From Octopus vulgaris (lineage: Eukaryota): a stretch of DNA of 64,000 nt. Each line of letters starts with the position of its first letter. Within the stretch, counting starts at the first letter, position 1. The stretch spans positions 73,966,001 through 74,030,000 of the forward strand of contig OX597827.1 of NCBI GenBank assembly GCA_951406725.2, in the 5' to 3' direction. Shown in pieces: positions 13,011 to 26,315 of the stretch. Position numbers and translations under genes: made by a program. A model generated the notes under the pieces. That model ran no database searches, had not been told where the DNA came from, and was given only the letters and a program-made list of their open reading frames with translations.

Positions 13011-13240
13011 GGCGGCGAGCTGGCAGAAACGTTAGCACGCCGGGCGAAATGCGTAGCCGTATTTCGTCTGTCGTTACGTTCTGAGTTCAAAATTCGCCGA
13101 GGTCGACTTTGCCTTTCATCCTTTCGGGGTCGATAAATACAATACTAGTTTCGCACTGGGGTCGATGTAATCGACTTAATTCCTTTGTCTGTCCTTGTTT
13201 GTCCCCTCTATGTTTAGCTCCTTGTGGACAGTAAAGAAAT
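13011..13240 (+). mobile_element. Well-preserved tRNA-derived SINE with Tx1-like 3' tail
   Basis: ggcggcgagctggcagaa A-box-like and gagttcaaa B-box-like motifs; ends gtccttgtttgtcccctctatgtttagctccttgtggacagtaaagaaat; atatatcattt on both flanks. Confidence 0.8.
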
Positions 13241-13619
13241 ATATATCATTTCCATACTTTATGCACAATTCTATAGACTAAATGCACAGCACCCATAAAA
13301 TAAATATTTACTCTTATTTTTGCATTTATCTCCAAAACGGGGAAAGTTTTACATTTTAAATTTTACTTGGTCACAATTTCATATCTAGAAAGCAAAAATT
13401 TTATATTAAAAAAAATTATTTTATATATAAAATATTGGGCTCACATTTTCACGGTGGTAAACATTTAATGCAGTATGGCACACTCTGAAAACCATATCGT
13501 TGGTAAATTATACGGCAAGGCTATGGGTCGGAGCCAATACACATTTCAATTTGCGCACACTTTTCAATCCAATTCTTCTTTGCAGAATATGTCCTTCGTG
13601 TAAGTTTTCCCGTTTCTTT

Positions 13620-13835
13620 TCCTTTGTCATTGTTGATAACTTTAACATCAGATAATCTGAGAGCCATTACGAATGCAACATATACCTGACCGTGACAAGT
13701 TTAGGCAAGAACAACCCCACTTTATCAAAAATGTCTGCCCTTGTGATTTATTGATAGCGATTGCATATAACAGGCGAACAGAAACTGGTTTCTTTCTAAG
13801 GTGAATGGCAAGATTAGGATGCGCATGCGTCAAGT
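13620..13835 (-). mobile_element. Helitron PIF1-helicase C-terminal remnant
   Basis: VRLLYAIAINKSQGQTF (consensus AMTINKSQGQT). Confidence 0.7.
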
Positions 13836-13974
13836 TATAGGTGATATAAAAAACTTAGTTCAATTATAAAAAAAGTACTTTCCACTATGCACCCAACATC
13901 ACCACCACCACCACCACCACCACCATCATCCCTCTCTGTCTGTCACTTTCTCACCCACTCACTCACTCACTCAC

Positions 13975-14042
<68 letters not shown>

Positions 14043-14449
14043 CTGCCTTTCCTTAATCTCACTACCAGAACATCACTCCGCTAAAATTTTATTCCTAACT
14101 CTCCTCTATATCACTACCTTCAACTTTCTTTTTTAACCACGTAATAAATATTACGTTCCCCTCACCACATATCATGGACGCTTCTCCCTCTGTCTTTTCT
14201 CTCTCCCTCTTTTTCTTTCTCCCTCTTTTTCTTTCTCCCTCTTCATGCCTCACTCCTCACCTTATCCTCCTTTTCTCTCTCCGATTTCTTCCTTTTGTTC
14301 TCTAATTCCCTTCAACTAATCAAGTGAAAGCTTTACAATTATGTTCCTCCAATCGCATATCATGGAGGTTTCTCTCGCCTTCCTTTTCTCTCTCTCCCCT
14401 TTTCGTCCTCCTTTTCTCTAATCACGTGAAAGCATTACTGATGGGCTAA

Positions 14450-16900
14450 GTACCCTAATGACAAGCAGAATTATTATAAGATTTATCATCGCTTAGTTGC
14501 ATATTGTATTTTTTTCACCCATTGGATAACAGCGAGCACATCCAACTGGAGGTTTGTTTGGTCTCCTACACTGTCGATGACCTTCAAAATCTTTCAGTCA
14601 TACGCGAAAGTTTTTATATTGGTGAGTTTGATAACGTCAGTGGTGCCACAAAAGTAAATAACAAAGAGAAATGGATCCAATACAGGGCCTTGAGGAATTC
14701 CAATAATGACAAGTGCTGAGCTTCATCGAACACCATCGAACGCCACATGCTGGGTCCGTTCATCAGGAAACACTTCTATAATTTCCCTCTGATTTCTGTG
14801 TTGGATAGTTACTTTGACAGTATAATGCGATCAACTTTATCGAAAGCCTCGCTGAAGACAAGGATAAATGGCATCGGCAATGGAACCCTCAGGATCTTTA
14901 GGGTGTGGTCAAAATGATGCAAGCGCTGTCTTAGGAAGCCGCTGCTGGTGCTAAAAACATATTGTATGGAAATAAGTCGACAAACTTAAGGGAAGTGACT
15001 TACTCGAGACCTCACCCCTCTCTCAAATAATTTGATAATGAAGTAAGACTGGTAATTCGCTGGGAAGTAATTTTTTTACCTTTTTGAAAACTGGGACAAT
15101 CGATTTTCAGCAAAATAGCCAACGTCCAGTGATTTTATTCAGAGAATAGTTAGAAATAATACAAATTCATGTCATCACCCCCCCCCCCCCGAACTCTAGT
15201 GGGAAAGCTATCGGGACTCACACCTGTGTTGTTTTTAATTTTGCTTCTAAGTGCTCTGATATCCAGGACGTCAAGAGATATATTGAATAGGGTGTGCAAG
15301 AGGTTTACTTCACAGATGCTGTCTAGATTAACCATACTTGCATTGCTGAGAGCAGAGCAGTATTGCTTCTGCAGAATCTCACCCATGGCTTTTCGCTCAC
15401 TAAAGAGAATGTTGTCCTCATCAATCAAAGGTTCAGCGAATGTTACAGCGACCATTTGCTTTTTGGCAAAGGAGTAGAACACTTTGGGATTGAATCGATT
15501 TATATAAGATTGCATTACTTGATTCGAGAAAAACTCTGTCAGTCAAGTACGCCTGTCGCTGATGCCAATACTTTAGTCGCTCGATTTTTGACTCATCCTT
15601 TTTAGTTTTTTATTAGGGTTTTTATATATTTTTTGCTTGTTTATATTTAGTTTGGCTCATGGGCTGTAATGGAGAATATCATAAATATATATTTGTGACA
15701 GTGTCCTCAAAGAGCTTCCAGGATACATTGATGCTGTTTGAAACGAGTGAATAAGCGAAAGGCGAGTCAATGAGTGAACGATCCTGAGTGATTGCATTCC
15801 ATTGTGAAGATCCATGCGGTCAAAGAGTGTTCTGGTGAGAAATCAGACTTGTTATGGTCAGAAAGAAGAGTCTTTTTCCTCTGCAATATTACAGACAGTG
15901 TCAGTGTGGTGACTAAACTTTAAGTCCAATAGGTTTTTGCTGAAGCTTGTTGGCTCTCGCATGAGTTGGAAAAGGAAAAATTAGTCAATAAAGTGACTCC
16001 ACTGTTGAGTTGTCTTGGACTGAATTGCTTTCAAGTTATAAATAGACTAGTCAACGCAGGGGAAATTGAAGTCGTCTACCATTAAAATGCTACCAGATTG
16101 ACACTGTTGAATAAAAGATTTAATAATGTTGAGTCATTCTTTTAAGAAGAGTAAAGGCTCTTGGAATGGCCTGTAAGACCCTAATTATAACAAAATCATT
16201 GGGATTTGTTATACGTATGGTGCATGAAACATCCGTAGTGGCTCGATTACATTTTTTCAACGGTCCCGAAAGAGACTTATGTTTTAATGTCAGCGAGGGA
16301 CCAGTTTATGGACTGGGAGTAACGACAAAGGGACAGTATGACAGTCAAGACATTTATCTGAATCTCTTTTGCCAGGTTTCGGATGGATAAGAAAGAATAA
16401 TTTGTCTGGTTAAGGAATATTTGGTGGATAAAGCTGTGGTTACATTGACGGTTTTGTCGTTTGTTTGTTTTGTTTTTGTTGCTACATGATTTTCTCCAGT
16501 TTACTGGGTTGTTGAAAAGGTTTGTGCTGGGTCTGTTGATTTTATTCTTGTTTCAGATGGATGGTTTCTTATTTCTTTACTTGTGGGAAAACCTCGTGTT
16601 GGTAGTACTGCACCTGAATATGGCTTTATGAAGCTTGTGATGTTGACTAGGAGTGTTGTTTTGATTGTACGTCGGATCCCGGGAAGATGTATTAGCGTAC
16701 AATATTGCTGTAGAAATATCTTGTGTTGGGGACAGCAGTAGATATTAGGGGTACGATTTCATTTGGGTCTTAGTTGTGCTTCTGTTGTAGCAAGAGTGCT
16801 ATGTTTGGAGTTCTGTGAATTAAACACTTTGCTCCAGGCTGGTGGTTGAAATAGCGGTCACCATACGGGCAATCTCGCTCGTAAAGAATAGCGTCATATT
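14450..16900 (-). mobile_element. Highly degenerate CR1-group LINE (APE-RT remnants)
   Basis: NPKVFYSFAKK...GVSPDSFP; minus-strand remnants of DFSKAFDKVD, GIPQGPVLDP.LF and a GDFNFP-like motif. Confidence 0.7.
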
Positions 16901-17059
16901 TTTGGATTTCGACTAAAATATGTGGAAAGGGGGGCAGTGGACTAAATAAAATTGGGCTTCGTAAAGGTTTAACTTACTTGAGGTCAGATTGGCGACACTG
17001 CTCGTGACCTCGCTCCAATTTACGTAAGAGCAGAGTGTCCCTCCCCCACCCTTGTTGGC

Positions 17060-18572
17060 ATGGGAAAATATCCAATCACACCCAATCTATGAGACCTGAG
17101 GTCATTAAGGAAGCGATCTTGCTTCCAGTCTGACCCCAGGCATCGTAAACTTAAACATCCTACAGTGAGTGTATCTAACAAAAAGCTTACCTTTGTTGGG
17201 GAAGGGATCTCCCTTCTCAGTCTCGTCCGTGTATTGCGGGGATTCTTTGGTTAGGCCGTCGTACATGGACGGACAGAAGTCCTTTCTGGGAGAGCCTATG
17301 TCATGAGGGAATGGAGAAATTTATGCTATCTATGCAATAAATTTGTATTCCCTCGTGTAGGATGGTAAACTGTTCTTTGTAAAGTTCTGCAATCGGTATG
17401 TCTTGGAGTTCATCTGCAAGGAATTCATTCTTGTCCTTTATTGTCACTAAACTGAACCTCGCTACAGTTGGGAAGAGGTGGGGAGGATTCTTTTTTATGA
17501 CTGGGAGGGGTAGATTAGGCTGTTTTCTTTTACTTTTGTGTTAGGTTTGGCGTGGGGGACTATCGTGTGTGTCTGAAAGGCAAGATTTTCTCTTGATGGT
17601 ACTAGGAATAGAGGGACACTCTGCTCTTACGTAACATGCTTTTCTCTCCAATCTGGATAGTTTCTGCAATTTCTGCGAGGTGGGCAAAGGCTGCTTGAAT
17701 GATTGTTTAGATCCCCTGGCCTTTCCAGTTTTATTGCTCAATTTTAGTGGCTTCGAGGATCGATATTTTAACCTCTAATCGCATAATGTGTACTGCGCAA
17801 AGCCAGGTAACGTCTATCCCGGGAGGAATTTCTCCCACCGTTATTTTGGCAGTGGGCCTTCCTAAGTAGATTGGTAGCAGCACTACCTCAGTTATTTTAA
17901 TGGTTTTATTGAGTGTTGCCTGGATTTTCCTCACTTTTGAAATGCACAACAGTTGTTGAAAATCTCTTCCCTCTTGTTAGAAATGTAATGTCTGACCAAA
18001 TATGTTGTAGATATTTCTCCAAGTCTTCTTTTGCGGCCTTTTCTAATTTTTCTCCATCGCCACGAAACTTTTGTACACCATTATTTTTCTTGTATTATTT
18101 TCTTTTAATTTACTGGAGAGGGTAATTTTCAACTCGTGTCCTCCCCTTTGAAACATTCCATTGTGTTTGTTTCGTGCATCCGGTTCAACGTTTTTTCCAC
18201 GAGATACCTGCTACAGCAGCGAAATTTGTTATCTTCTTCACCTGTTCTGGTTGGCGATCTTCAAAGAAGACCTTACCTGTCGGCATGTTAAGCATGCTAT
18301 CCATTGTTTTAAAATGTGTTTCCCTCAACAGAGTAGAGACTCATGGTTTGGGAATTAAAAATTCCCATAAATGGCACAAAATATAGCAAACTTAACAATT
18401 TTCCCTCCTCAAACGAGCGGAAAATATGTTCGAAAAGTCTGCAAACGCAGAACGTAGACAATATTGTAACAAGAAAAAGAAAACTCAGATAAGTTCAAAC
18501 AAAAGACAATCCTATAATGCAAACCTCACGTATGAGATAAACCAATCCAAGGCAAACTTGCGCTAAGAATAA
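17060..18572 (-). mobile_element. Tx1/L1-clade element E: degenerate ORF1 plus first codons of ORF2 endonuclease
   Basis: EVVLLPIYLGRPTAKITVGEIPPGIDVTWL, VRAECP knuckle remnant; VGCLSLRCLGSDWKQDRFLNDLRS at about 17165-17095 parallels the ORF2 start of element C. Confidence 0.75.
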
Positions 18573-20315
18573 TTATTTTATTCGCGCCACAATAGGCAAA
18601 CATAGACGGGACGATACAAAATGGACACGGGGTCGGAACAGACAGCACAAGTGGGGACATAAAATACAGAACAATGAATGGAATGATTATATTACAAATG
18701 AGGATGAACGTCTTAGCTGAGCCCCACCCAAAGCCAATCACGTTTTACTGTTCATTTACAATTTTCGAATTATTAATCGTTTAAAACCATTTTACTTATT
18801 TTTTCCTTTACCATATAAAATATAGCGCGAGTTCGTTGTTTTCTACCACCGGAAGGAAGGAGTCACACCTCACCACCAACTCCAGTGAAGCTATGTCTGA
18901 TTTGAAAATTTCGTTTACTGTATTGTAGTTTTGTTTGTCTTTTAAAATGGATTTCGTGTATGGTGCACAGTCTTGGGGTAGTTTTACTCTAATGGTGTTT
19001 TTAAAATTTTATTACACTTTTTCAATTGATATATTATTCTGTATGTCATTATGCATGCTGCGTTTTTTTTCTCGTGGTTTGTCTGTGTTGTGCATCTGCG
19101 TGTGAGATTTCGGGAGTTCTTTTGCGGCGGGGATGGTAGCAGTAGTGTGTACTGTGTGGGTGCGTTGTTCTGTGTCTTGTTTGTCTGGTGTGTGTCTTGT
19201 TACTATGTACAACCCTTCTTTTTTACATTGTTGTGTGCTTTTCGGTGTTGTGTTGACTCTTTCTCTCTTTTCCCTTCACTGTACTTCTCCACGGAATCCT
19301 CACTTATGTCCTGGTATATCTGACTCCGCTGCTTCTTGTGTCCGTTCCATCATCTCGCGGCAATCTCAGGCTCGCTCCGGCTCTCGGCTGCGCCTCTCTC
19401 TTCTTATACTTTGTGAGGCAGTTCTTATTGATGTGCCCCTTCTGGCCACAACAATAACAGGTGGGAGGTCTCCCTTCCACTGTTACCGTCAGATTTCATC
19501 TCATTTGGTAATTCTGTATCAAGGACTTCATTTAGGTCCGATTGGGTGGCCTGGATAATTAATTCCAAACCGTAACCCCGTCAATTCAACTGTTTTGTTC
19601 TGGTTGCTTGGACACCTTTCGCCTCTTCCTTCGTGTTAGTAAGTATGGCTGCCGCTATCCATATTTCCGTTATCACTGGTGGAATCCCGCCAATCCTCAC
19701 TCTAGAGATACGTTTCCCTAGGTACGTTGGCCGGAGTAGCCATTCTTCCGTTCGTATTAGTACAGTGGAGTGTTTGACTGCCACCTCTTGGGAAGCAAAT
19801 CTTAACTCCAGTGTACCGTATTTCCTTCTTCTGGTATAAAAGGAGATGTCTCCTCTTATTATGTCTAGGCATTTTTCTAAGACATCTTCCGGTGCCATCT
19901 CGATCTTCTTTTCCTGCACATAACCGTACCCTTTCTCACTCTTTCGGTTCTTTCTCCTGGAAGGGTCAACTTTGCGTTCGACCCCTCCCTTTCTATCAGT
20001 TGCATGCAGTCGCACAATGCCTCTCCGTCAATAATGCTCTCTCACCTTTCCAACTGCCTCACTGTGTTTCCTTTTCGTGCCACAGACGCGTAGCTTCCAC
20101 TTCGCGCTCCCTCGCTCTCGACGTCCATTTCAGAGAGTTTTTTCCGCCCCAAATGGCGGGGGGGATATTGAAAAGAAAAAAAGCACCAGACTGTTGAATA
20201 AGTTATGCGTTTTGAAAACAAACAGTAACACCTGGACAAAAGATTTCCGAAACTTCAACAATTCTGGGCAAGAAACTTCGAACAAAATCACACTCACAAT
20301 GTTAATAATAAAGTG
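18573..20315 (-). mobile_element. Tx1-like element D: ORF1 joined to 3' UTR, ORF2 not detected
   Basis: SYASVARK; RRKYGTLELRF...LRPTYLGKRISRVRIGGIPP; knuckle region near 19430-19480; tail ...ttgtggcgcgAATAAA. Confidence 0.75.
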
Positions 20316-23300
20316 ATTTTTTATTTCCCACAAAGGGAAAACAAAGAAGGGGACATCACAATCTGATTGGATGTTCAGATGAACGAATGATTGTAACAAC
20401 AAAATGAATTTTAAAATTTACAGAATTATATAAAACGAATGATGGGACAGACAGGAATACATTACGGCTGGAGTGGAGATGCGGGTTCATCTCGGACCTC
20501 ACAAGTCCCGCCTCGCCACTGGTGCCTGAGACTCGTCCTGTGTCGCATTCAAGAGGTAACATTCATACGCAACATTCGCGCAACATTATTCCATCGATTA
20601 TGAAAGGTTTTCGTAGACAGGCATTTTCTCTCTAGCCTTATTTTCTTTTTAAGGTGAAAGGTGAAGTAATTCACCAATTCAGGGCCAGAGATGACTTTAA
20701 CTCTTTCAATCTCGTCTTCCAAATCACCTCTCTCGCAATTGCTACTACAATGAGAAAACAATTCTTACCTTCTTTCGATAGGAAATCAGGCGGGTGAGTT
20801 GTCAATATAGACTCAGTCGATAGCTGAACTCTTCCTGCACTTCACAAGAGTTGTTCAGCCTAAACCCACACGTCTGACAACATCAAACACTGAGCAATAG
20901 CGTGCGTAACGGTTTCCCTTTCCCGCTCACATCTTGGACAGATCGATGAACCGTGGCCACCATGTCTTGTGAGCTTGTCCAGAACAGGTAAGGCTTCTCG
21001 GTGACACTGCCATGCCTGAGACTTCTGAAAGTTGTCCAGGGTCTTCGGCCCGAATGTACGTTGGAACAGACTGGCCAGCTGATTATCATCGAGACCTAGG
21101 TTTTCCCCTCAGGTTTCGTCACATTCCGCTTCTACAAGCCCTCTATAAAAAAATGCGGTGGAACCACTACCACAGGCATTGCTCGAGCGATGGAATAGCA
21201 AGAGAGCCATATGACACTCCGTAAACCATGTGCCCAACTTCGATCATCGATAAACCAGGTTTCGCGTCCACCGAAACTAGTGAACTTGGGAACCATCCGT
21301 TTCGCCAGCGGCAACCACACCCATTCACCATCCAGTTAGAGCCACAGATGACCCAACCTCAGCGCATGTCTGTGCTTCAACATCCAAGGCATCCCTAGAC
21401 CACCCTTTAACGGTTGTTGGCAGCAAATAGAGCGTCTCAGAAGCGTTTTCGAGCCCTTCCACAAGAAGTGGAAGCGTTGTCTTTTCAGCTTGATCAACCA
21501 CGAATCAGGACAAGGAACGACAGTTAGGCGGTAGGTGATGGACCATGCGATGAACACGTTGGCCACCTCCACACGCCCTTTCAAGGATAGCCACCGCCAA
21601 GACCAGGTCTTGACTATGTGGGTCACCCTGCTCAATACCTCGGCCTAGTTCTTCTCTATTTGAAGGTCTGGTCCGAACCAAACTCCTAGCAAATTAATCG
21701 GACCTCCGTCCAACGTCCCACGAAGCTATCAGGAGGCATTGATTTGCCTCTCCGGGTGCCGAGCTGCAAGCCGACTGACTTTTCACGAGAGGCGCGGCAG
21801 CCCGGTGAGGAAGTCCGTTAGGTCCCTCCTACTATCCGGTCCGCCCACTCGCCCCGAAAAGCTGGGCGAAGTGCTCCTGAAAATCCTCACACATATTCTC
21901 GGGTTCGTCTATCAACTTATAACGTTGGGTCATGAAAGATCGGATTGTGGCATCATTACCACGTTGAGCTTCCACCACTAGGGCCCATCCCGCGGCCTTG
22001 ATTCCCTCACAAACCACAGCACGAAGCCTATTCCTGACAATGCAACTCATGTGTTTGGCTTCGAAGTGCTGATTTAACGCCAGTCTCCTGGCCTTAACCT
22101 GAGCCACAGAGCCAGTTTTCATTGCTGTGTCTAAGTTTTTAACTAATGCTGATTCCCTCCGAGCCTCTCTAGCCACTAAACCTATGCTATATGTAATAGA
22201 CTCAAATTTAATGGCTCGCTTGAGGGCAGAGCACCATTTATTATTAATAATGGATCTGGTTAATGCCCTCTGAATTAACGACTAATTCGCTCTCTGTACT
22301 CATTATGCTTCAAAAGGAACGTATGAAGTTTCTAGTAACTGGGACCTCTATTATATAGCTTATCTATGGCAAGCTTACAGGTGACCATTTTATGATCACT
22401 GCAGCTGACCGGATGAAACTGTAGACAGCTAGCTATATTCCTATCTGCTTTTCTAATTAACACTCTAAGTACGATCTGGAATATCCGTCGCTGCTTGACA
22501 ATGTCCACTTTGGAAGGTTCGGAAATTCCAGCCTATATGGATCTGCCAGCTCGAAGCGTCTTAGTAGATCCTGGAAGCAGGGATTACCTTTTCTATCTGT
22601 GCACGGGCCAACATAATCTACACTAAAGAATGTGATGTATCTAGAAACTTCTCCAGATTCCGAAAATATTCGCTTTGCCCAGTTGTCGTGGGTGCATAAA
22701 TTGCAACCAGTCTGATAATCTTACCACGGCTGAACGTCAAGTCCATGACGACCAGCCTACTTTCTGGATCTGAAAAAATTAACTTTTTCTCAGAAACCCG
22801 GTTTCTTTTAAATAGTACCAACATCCCGCTTCCGCTAGAAGGGCAGCTCGGAGAGAAAAAACTCCCGTAACCATCCAACAGCGGGAGCATATCTCTTGGC
22901 CCCCTTAACCGGGTTTCTGTAGAAACAATAACATCCAAATTACGCGACCTGATGTCATTAAGGAAGCGACCTTGCTTCTGGCTTGAAACTAGGCCACGCA
23001 CATTCATACAACCTACATGAATGTAGGTTGTATAAATGTATAAATGTAGAAGGACTCCCCTTCGTCCTCTTTTTCTTTCTCTCAGGCTCGTGGTTTTTTT
23101 TTACATAGGCCCCTCGTAGATATATGGAAAATAGATCATCCTGAGAGGGTCAGGAAAAAATTCGAACTTCATCTGTCCGTAATCCTTGCAGCCTATCCTG
23201 TAGATGAGAAAGTCTTTTGATGACGTTTTTTCTACCCCTTTGGCAGATGAAATAGCTGCCAAACGGTTAATCAGTCTATTATTTGATGCCTTGATGGCCT

Positions 23301-24420
23301 TTTCGCTTTCATATTTCTCTCTTTGTTTCAGTGTGGTAAGGGCGGTCTGTGGTTTTTTCTTCTTTTTTAAAAAACAGTCGACAACCTTTATCGTCGCACT
23401 CTTCCTCTGGTTTTGATGGTAATGGTGTCGTCTCTGCTGATGTAACTGATGCTTCCACTGTCGATGTTCCTTCTCCTTTCTTTTCTTCCTGTGCTTCCTG
23501 CATTCGGACCTTATATGGCCCTTTAACCCACAGTTAAAACATCTTGGCTTCCTGCCTTCTACGAAGACGATCACCCTCTCCTCACCGATATTTATTATCT
23601 CTGGAATTTCTTCCAGCGTAGTGACATCTGCCCGAATCAACATGTTCACGCATTGTCCCTTCCAATTCACCTCCTCCACCACTGTGACCTGGAGAATGGT
23701 GATTTCTTCTTCCTGATTCATTATTATGGCTGCCACTAGCCAGGCAGCATCTACTTCTGGAGGAATATTTGTAATTTTTACTTTCGATGTTCTTCTTCCC
23801 ATATATACGGGAAGAAGAACCACTTCCTCAGTTCCCAAAGTTTCAGAACAGTGCCGCCTGGCCACCATTTCTGATGTGAACCTCACTTCTACCGTTCCAA
23901 AACGTTTTCCTCTTATCATGTAAGTTATATCCGACCATATGGGCTTTGGGCATTTTTCAATAAATTTTTGCTGTTTTATCAATTCTTTTTTTCTCGACGT
24001 TGTAAGTTTTGTAGATTATTAACTTGGTCTATTGTTTCTGTTGGAGGGGCTACTTGTATTTCCGTCCCCGCCCATTTTTAACATAGACATAAGCTTTTTT
24101 AAGTTATTCTTCTCCATGTTAATTTGTCTCTCCTTCTTTCCTGATGTCTCTGCAAAGTTTAACTTCTTTGGCGACACCGTCGGTGTTTTTACTTCTTCAC
24201 CTGTTAAAAAAACAGGCATATCGATAACTAAATTATTTGGCGAATCCAGTGAACTCAATGGTGACTCCATTACGTTTTTCTTTATACAAAACGCCGAACA
24301 CAGACAAATTTGGGCTTACGCCCGACAGAATTGGCTCAAAGCCGCACAGTTCAGCAATGACAATAATTCCCTCGCAGTGGGGGGATAGATAACAAGCTGC
24401 TTCAACGAAGCAATAAACAG
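20316..24420 (-). mobile_element. Tx1-like element C: ORF1 (CCHC knuckle) + ORF2 with APE domain and C-terminus but RT core deleted
   Basis: ORF1 GRKPRCFNCGLKGHIRSEC; ORF2 MNVRGL...DVIVSTETRL...RLVAIYAP; WSWRWLSLKGRV...FLWKG...GGLG; tail ccctttgtgggaAATAAA. Confidence 0.85.
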
Positions 24421-24429
24421 TTTTTCAAC

Positions 24430-24903
24430 TCTTCTGTGACAAAGGTAACTGCCACTGAAGCGTATTTTTCCCTTTGGTATAAAACGTTATGCTTTCTATT
24501 AATTTTTCCAGACATTCGTTCACCTCCTCCTGCATTGCATTCTCGAGTTTCTTACTTTTTTTTCGAAAAAGTTCTATAAATTATCAATCTGCTTTCCATC
24601 TTCACCTTGTTTTCCTCTGGTGGGGTCAACTTTGTGTTCGACCCCTTCCTCTTTACCATATCTTTCTGGAGTAAGTCTAAATTCCAATGCGGTTCATTGT
24701 GTTTCAGCATACCCAAGACGACAGAACCCTGACTTCCCGTTGTTGTCGCATAACTCTTCATTTCGCTCATCCGTCACAGGTAACCAAATAAAGATCGCGC
24801 CACCCACACAAAAACTGCTGCAAAGCAGCACAACACACTCCTCAACACAAAACAATCCTCAACACGAAACAATCCTCACAAAATAAACTTGTGCTCGGAA
24901 TAA
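24430..24903 (-). mobile_element. Tx1-like element B: 5' UTR and start of ORF1 only
   Basis: MSEMKSYATTT...RKGSNTKLTPPEENK, homologous to the element D N-terminus; breaks off in the conserved KYASVAVTF segment. Confidence 0.65.
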
Positions 24904-26315
24904 AGGGGCTGACATAGAGGGGACAATACAAGGACATGTGGGGACATATAAGAAATTAAAAAAGGAACGAAAGTGCGTGTAACAATGAATGACAAAATGA
25001 AAATGAGAGATGAAATGAAGTATTCACAGCCCCCACCTCTGAGTCACTTCATTTTCACCTTTATTCATTTTCCCTTTTTGTACTTGGTGACTTTCAAGAT
25101 ATCAAAAGCGTACTCCTTTAGTAATTGCGTGTAATCTATGTTCCATGGTAATCTTTGAAATGTCTAGTTCGACTTCCCGCATTTTAAATCCTCCTTTGAA
25201 TTTTATAACCTTTTCCCTCTGCTCCTCGTCCAACAACAGGCATCCTTGTTCGTTGTCGAACTTGCAAGTGTCCACCACTCTCATATTTTTCCACTTTTTT
25301 TTATTTCTTTACGCAGGTCCTTATTAGTATTATCTTACATAATAGCAAAGTTACTTCTTTTCTTTTTTCGGAAGGTGGGGAGGATGAACGGCTTGTGTCT
25401 GACTGCATTTTTTGTGTTGGAGGGGGGTGGGTAAGTTCAGTGTCTGTAGGGAGCGGGTGGGAGGAAAAGGGTGTGGGTGGGTGTTGGGTGGGGTTCTATA
25501 TTTATTTTACCTGGTTTCTTCCTTTTTCTTTTCCTTTTCTTGCCTGGTGTCACCCACTCGCCCTCCGCCTCCGCTGGTGGCGGCGGCGCTACTCCTTCTC
25601 CTGCTGGTTCCTTCCCTCTCCCCCTGTCTTGTAGAAGGCAGGTGCTCTAATGTGGCCTTTCTGGCCACATTTGCAGCGTCTGGGAATTCTGCCCTCCACT
25701 CTAGCCACCATTACCATACCCTCAAATACTACTGCTTCCGGCAACTCTTCCACTACTCCTCTCGATACCCGCATCACCATGTTTAGGGACTGCCCCCTCC
25801 AGCCTCCTGCTTCCGTCCCAGTTGCCCGGGGAACCGCCATCTCCTCGTCGCTGCCGAACAAGACAGCGGTCGTCATCCAGGCCACGTCGACGTCTGGGGG
25901 GACTCACTCCACGCTGACCCCCACGGAACGCCTTCCATGACACATCGGCAACATCACCTCTTCATCAGCCCTTAAGACTGTTGCCTAATTTGACTTCCTT
26001 CAAGACCGCCCCCAGTGCCTTCTCTACCCGATTCTTCTTCACCTCTTTGATCCCTTCTGCATCCACCGAGACCGCCTTGTACGCCACCGCATATTCCATC
26101 CCATCAACGATAATACTCATTTGGGTCGCCGCCTCCACATTAGCTCCCTCCCACTTGAACAGTCCCTCCACTCGTTTCCTTCCACATTGCACCCTGACAC
26201 CCTTGCCACCTCCGCCACAAAGCAGCAAAAACCAAAGTGTTCAGCGAACAGAACAACAATATTTAAACCACAATACAACTGCAATGCAAACCAAATTCCT
26301 CAAAACTGAGAATAA
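24904..26315 (-). mobile_element. Tx1-like element A: divergent ORF1 joined to 3' UTR, ORF2 not detected
   Basis: VRGGQRGVSPPDVDVAWMTTAVL...VEGRIPRRCKCGQKGHIRA knuckle; 3' tail gtccttgtattgtcccctctatgtcagcccc. Confidence 0.7.
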
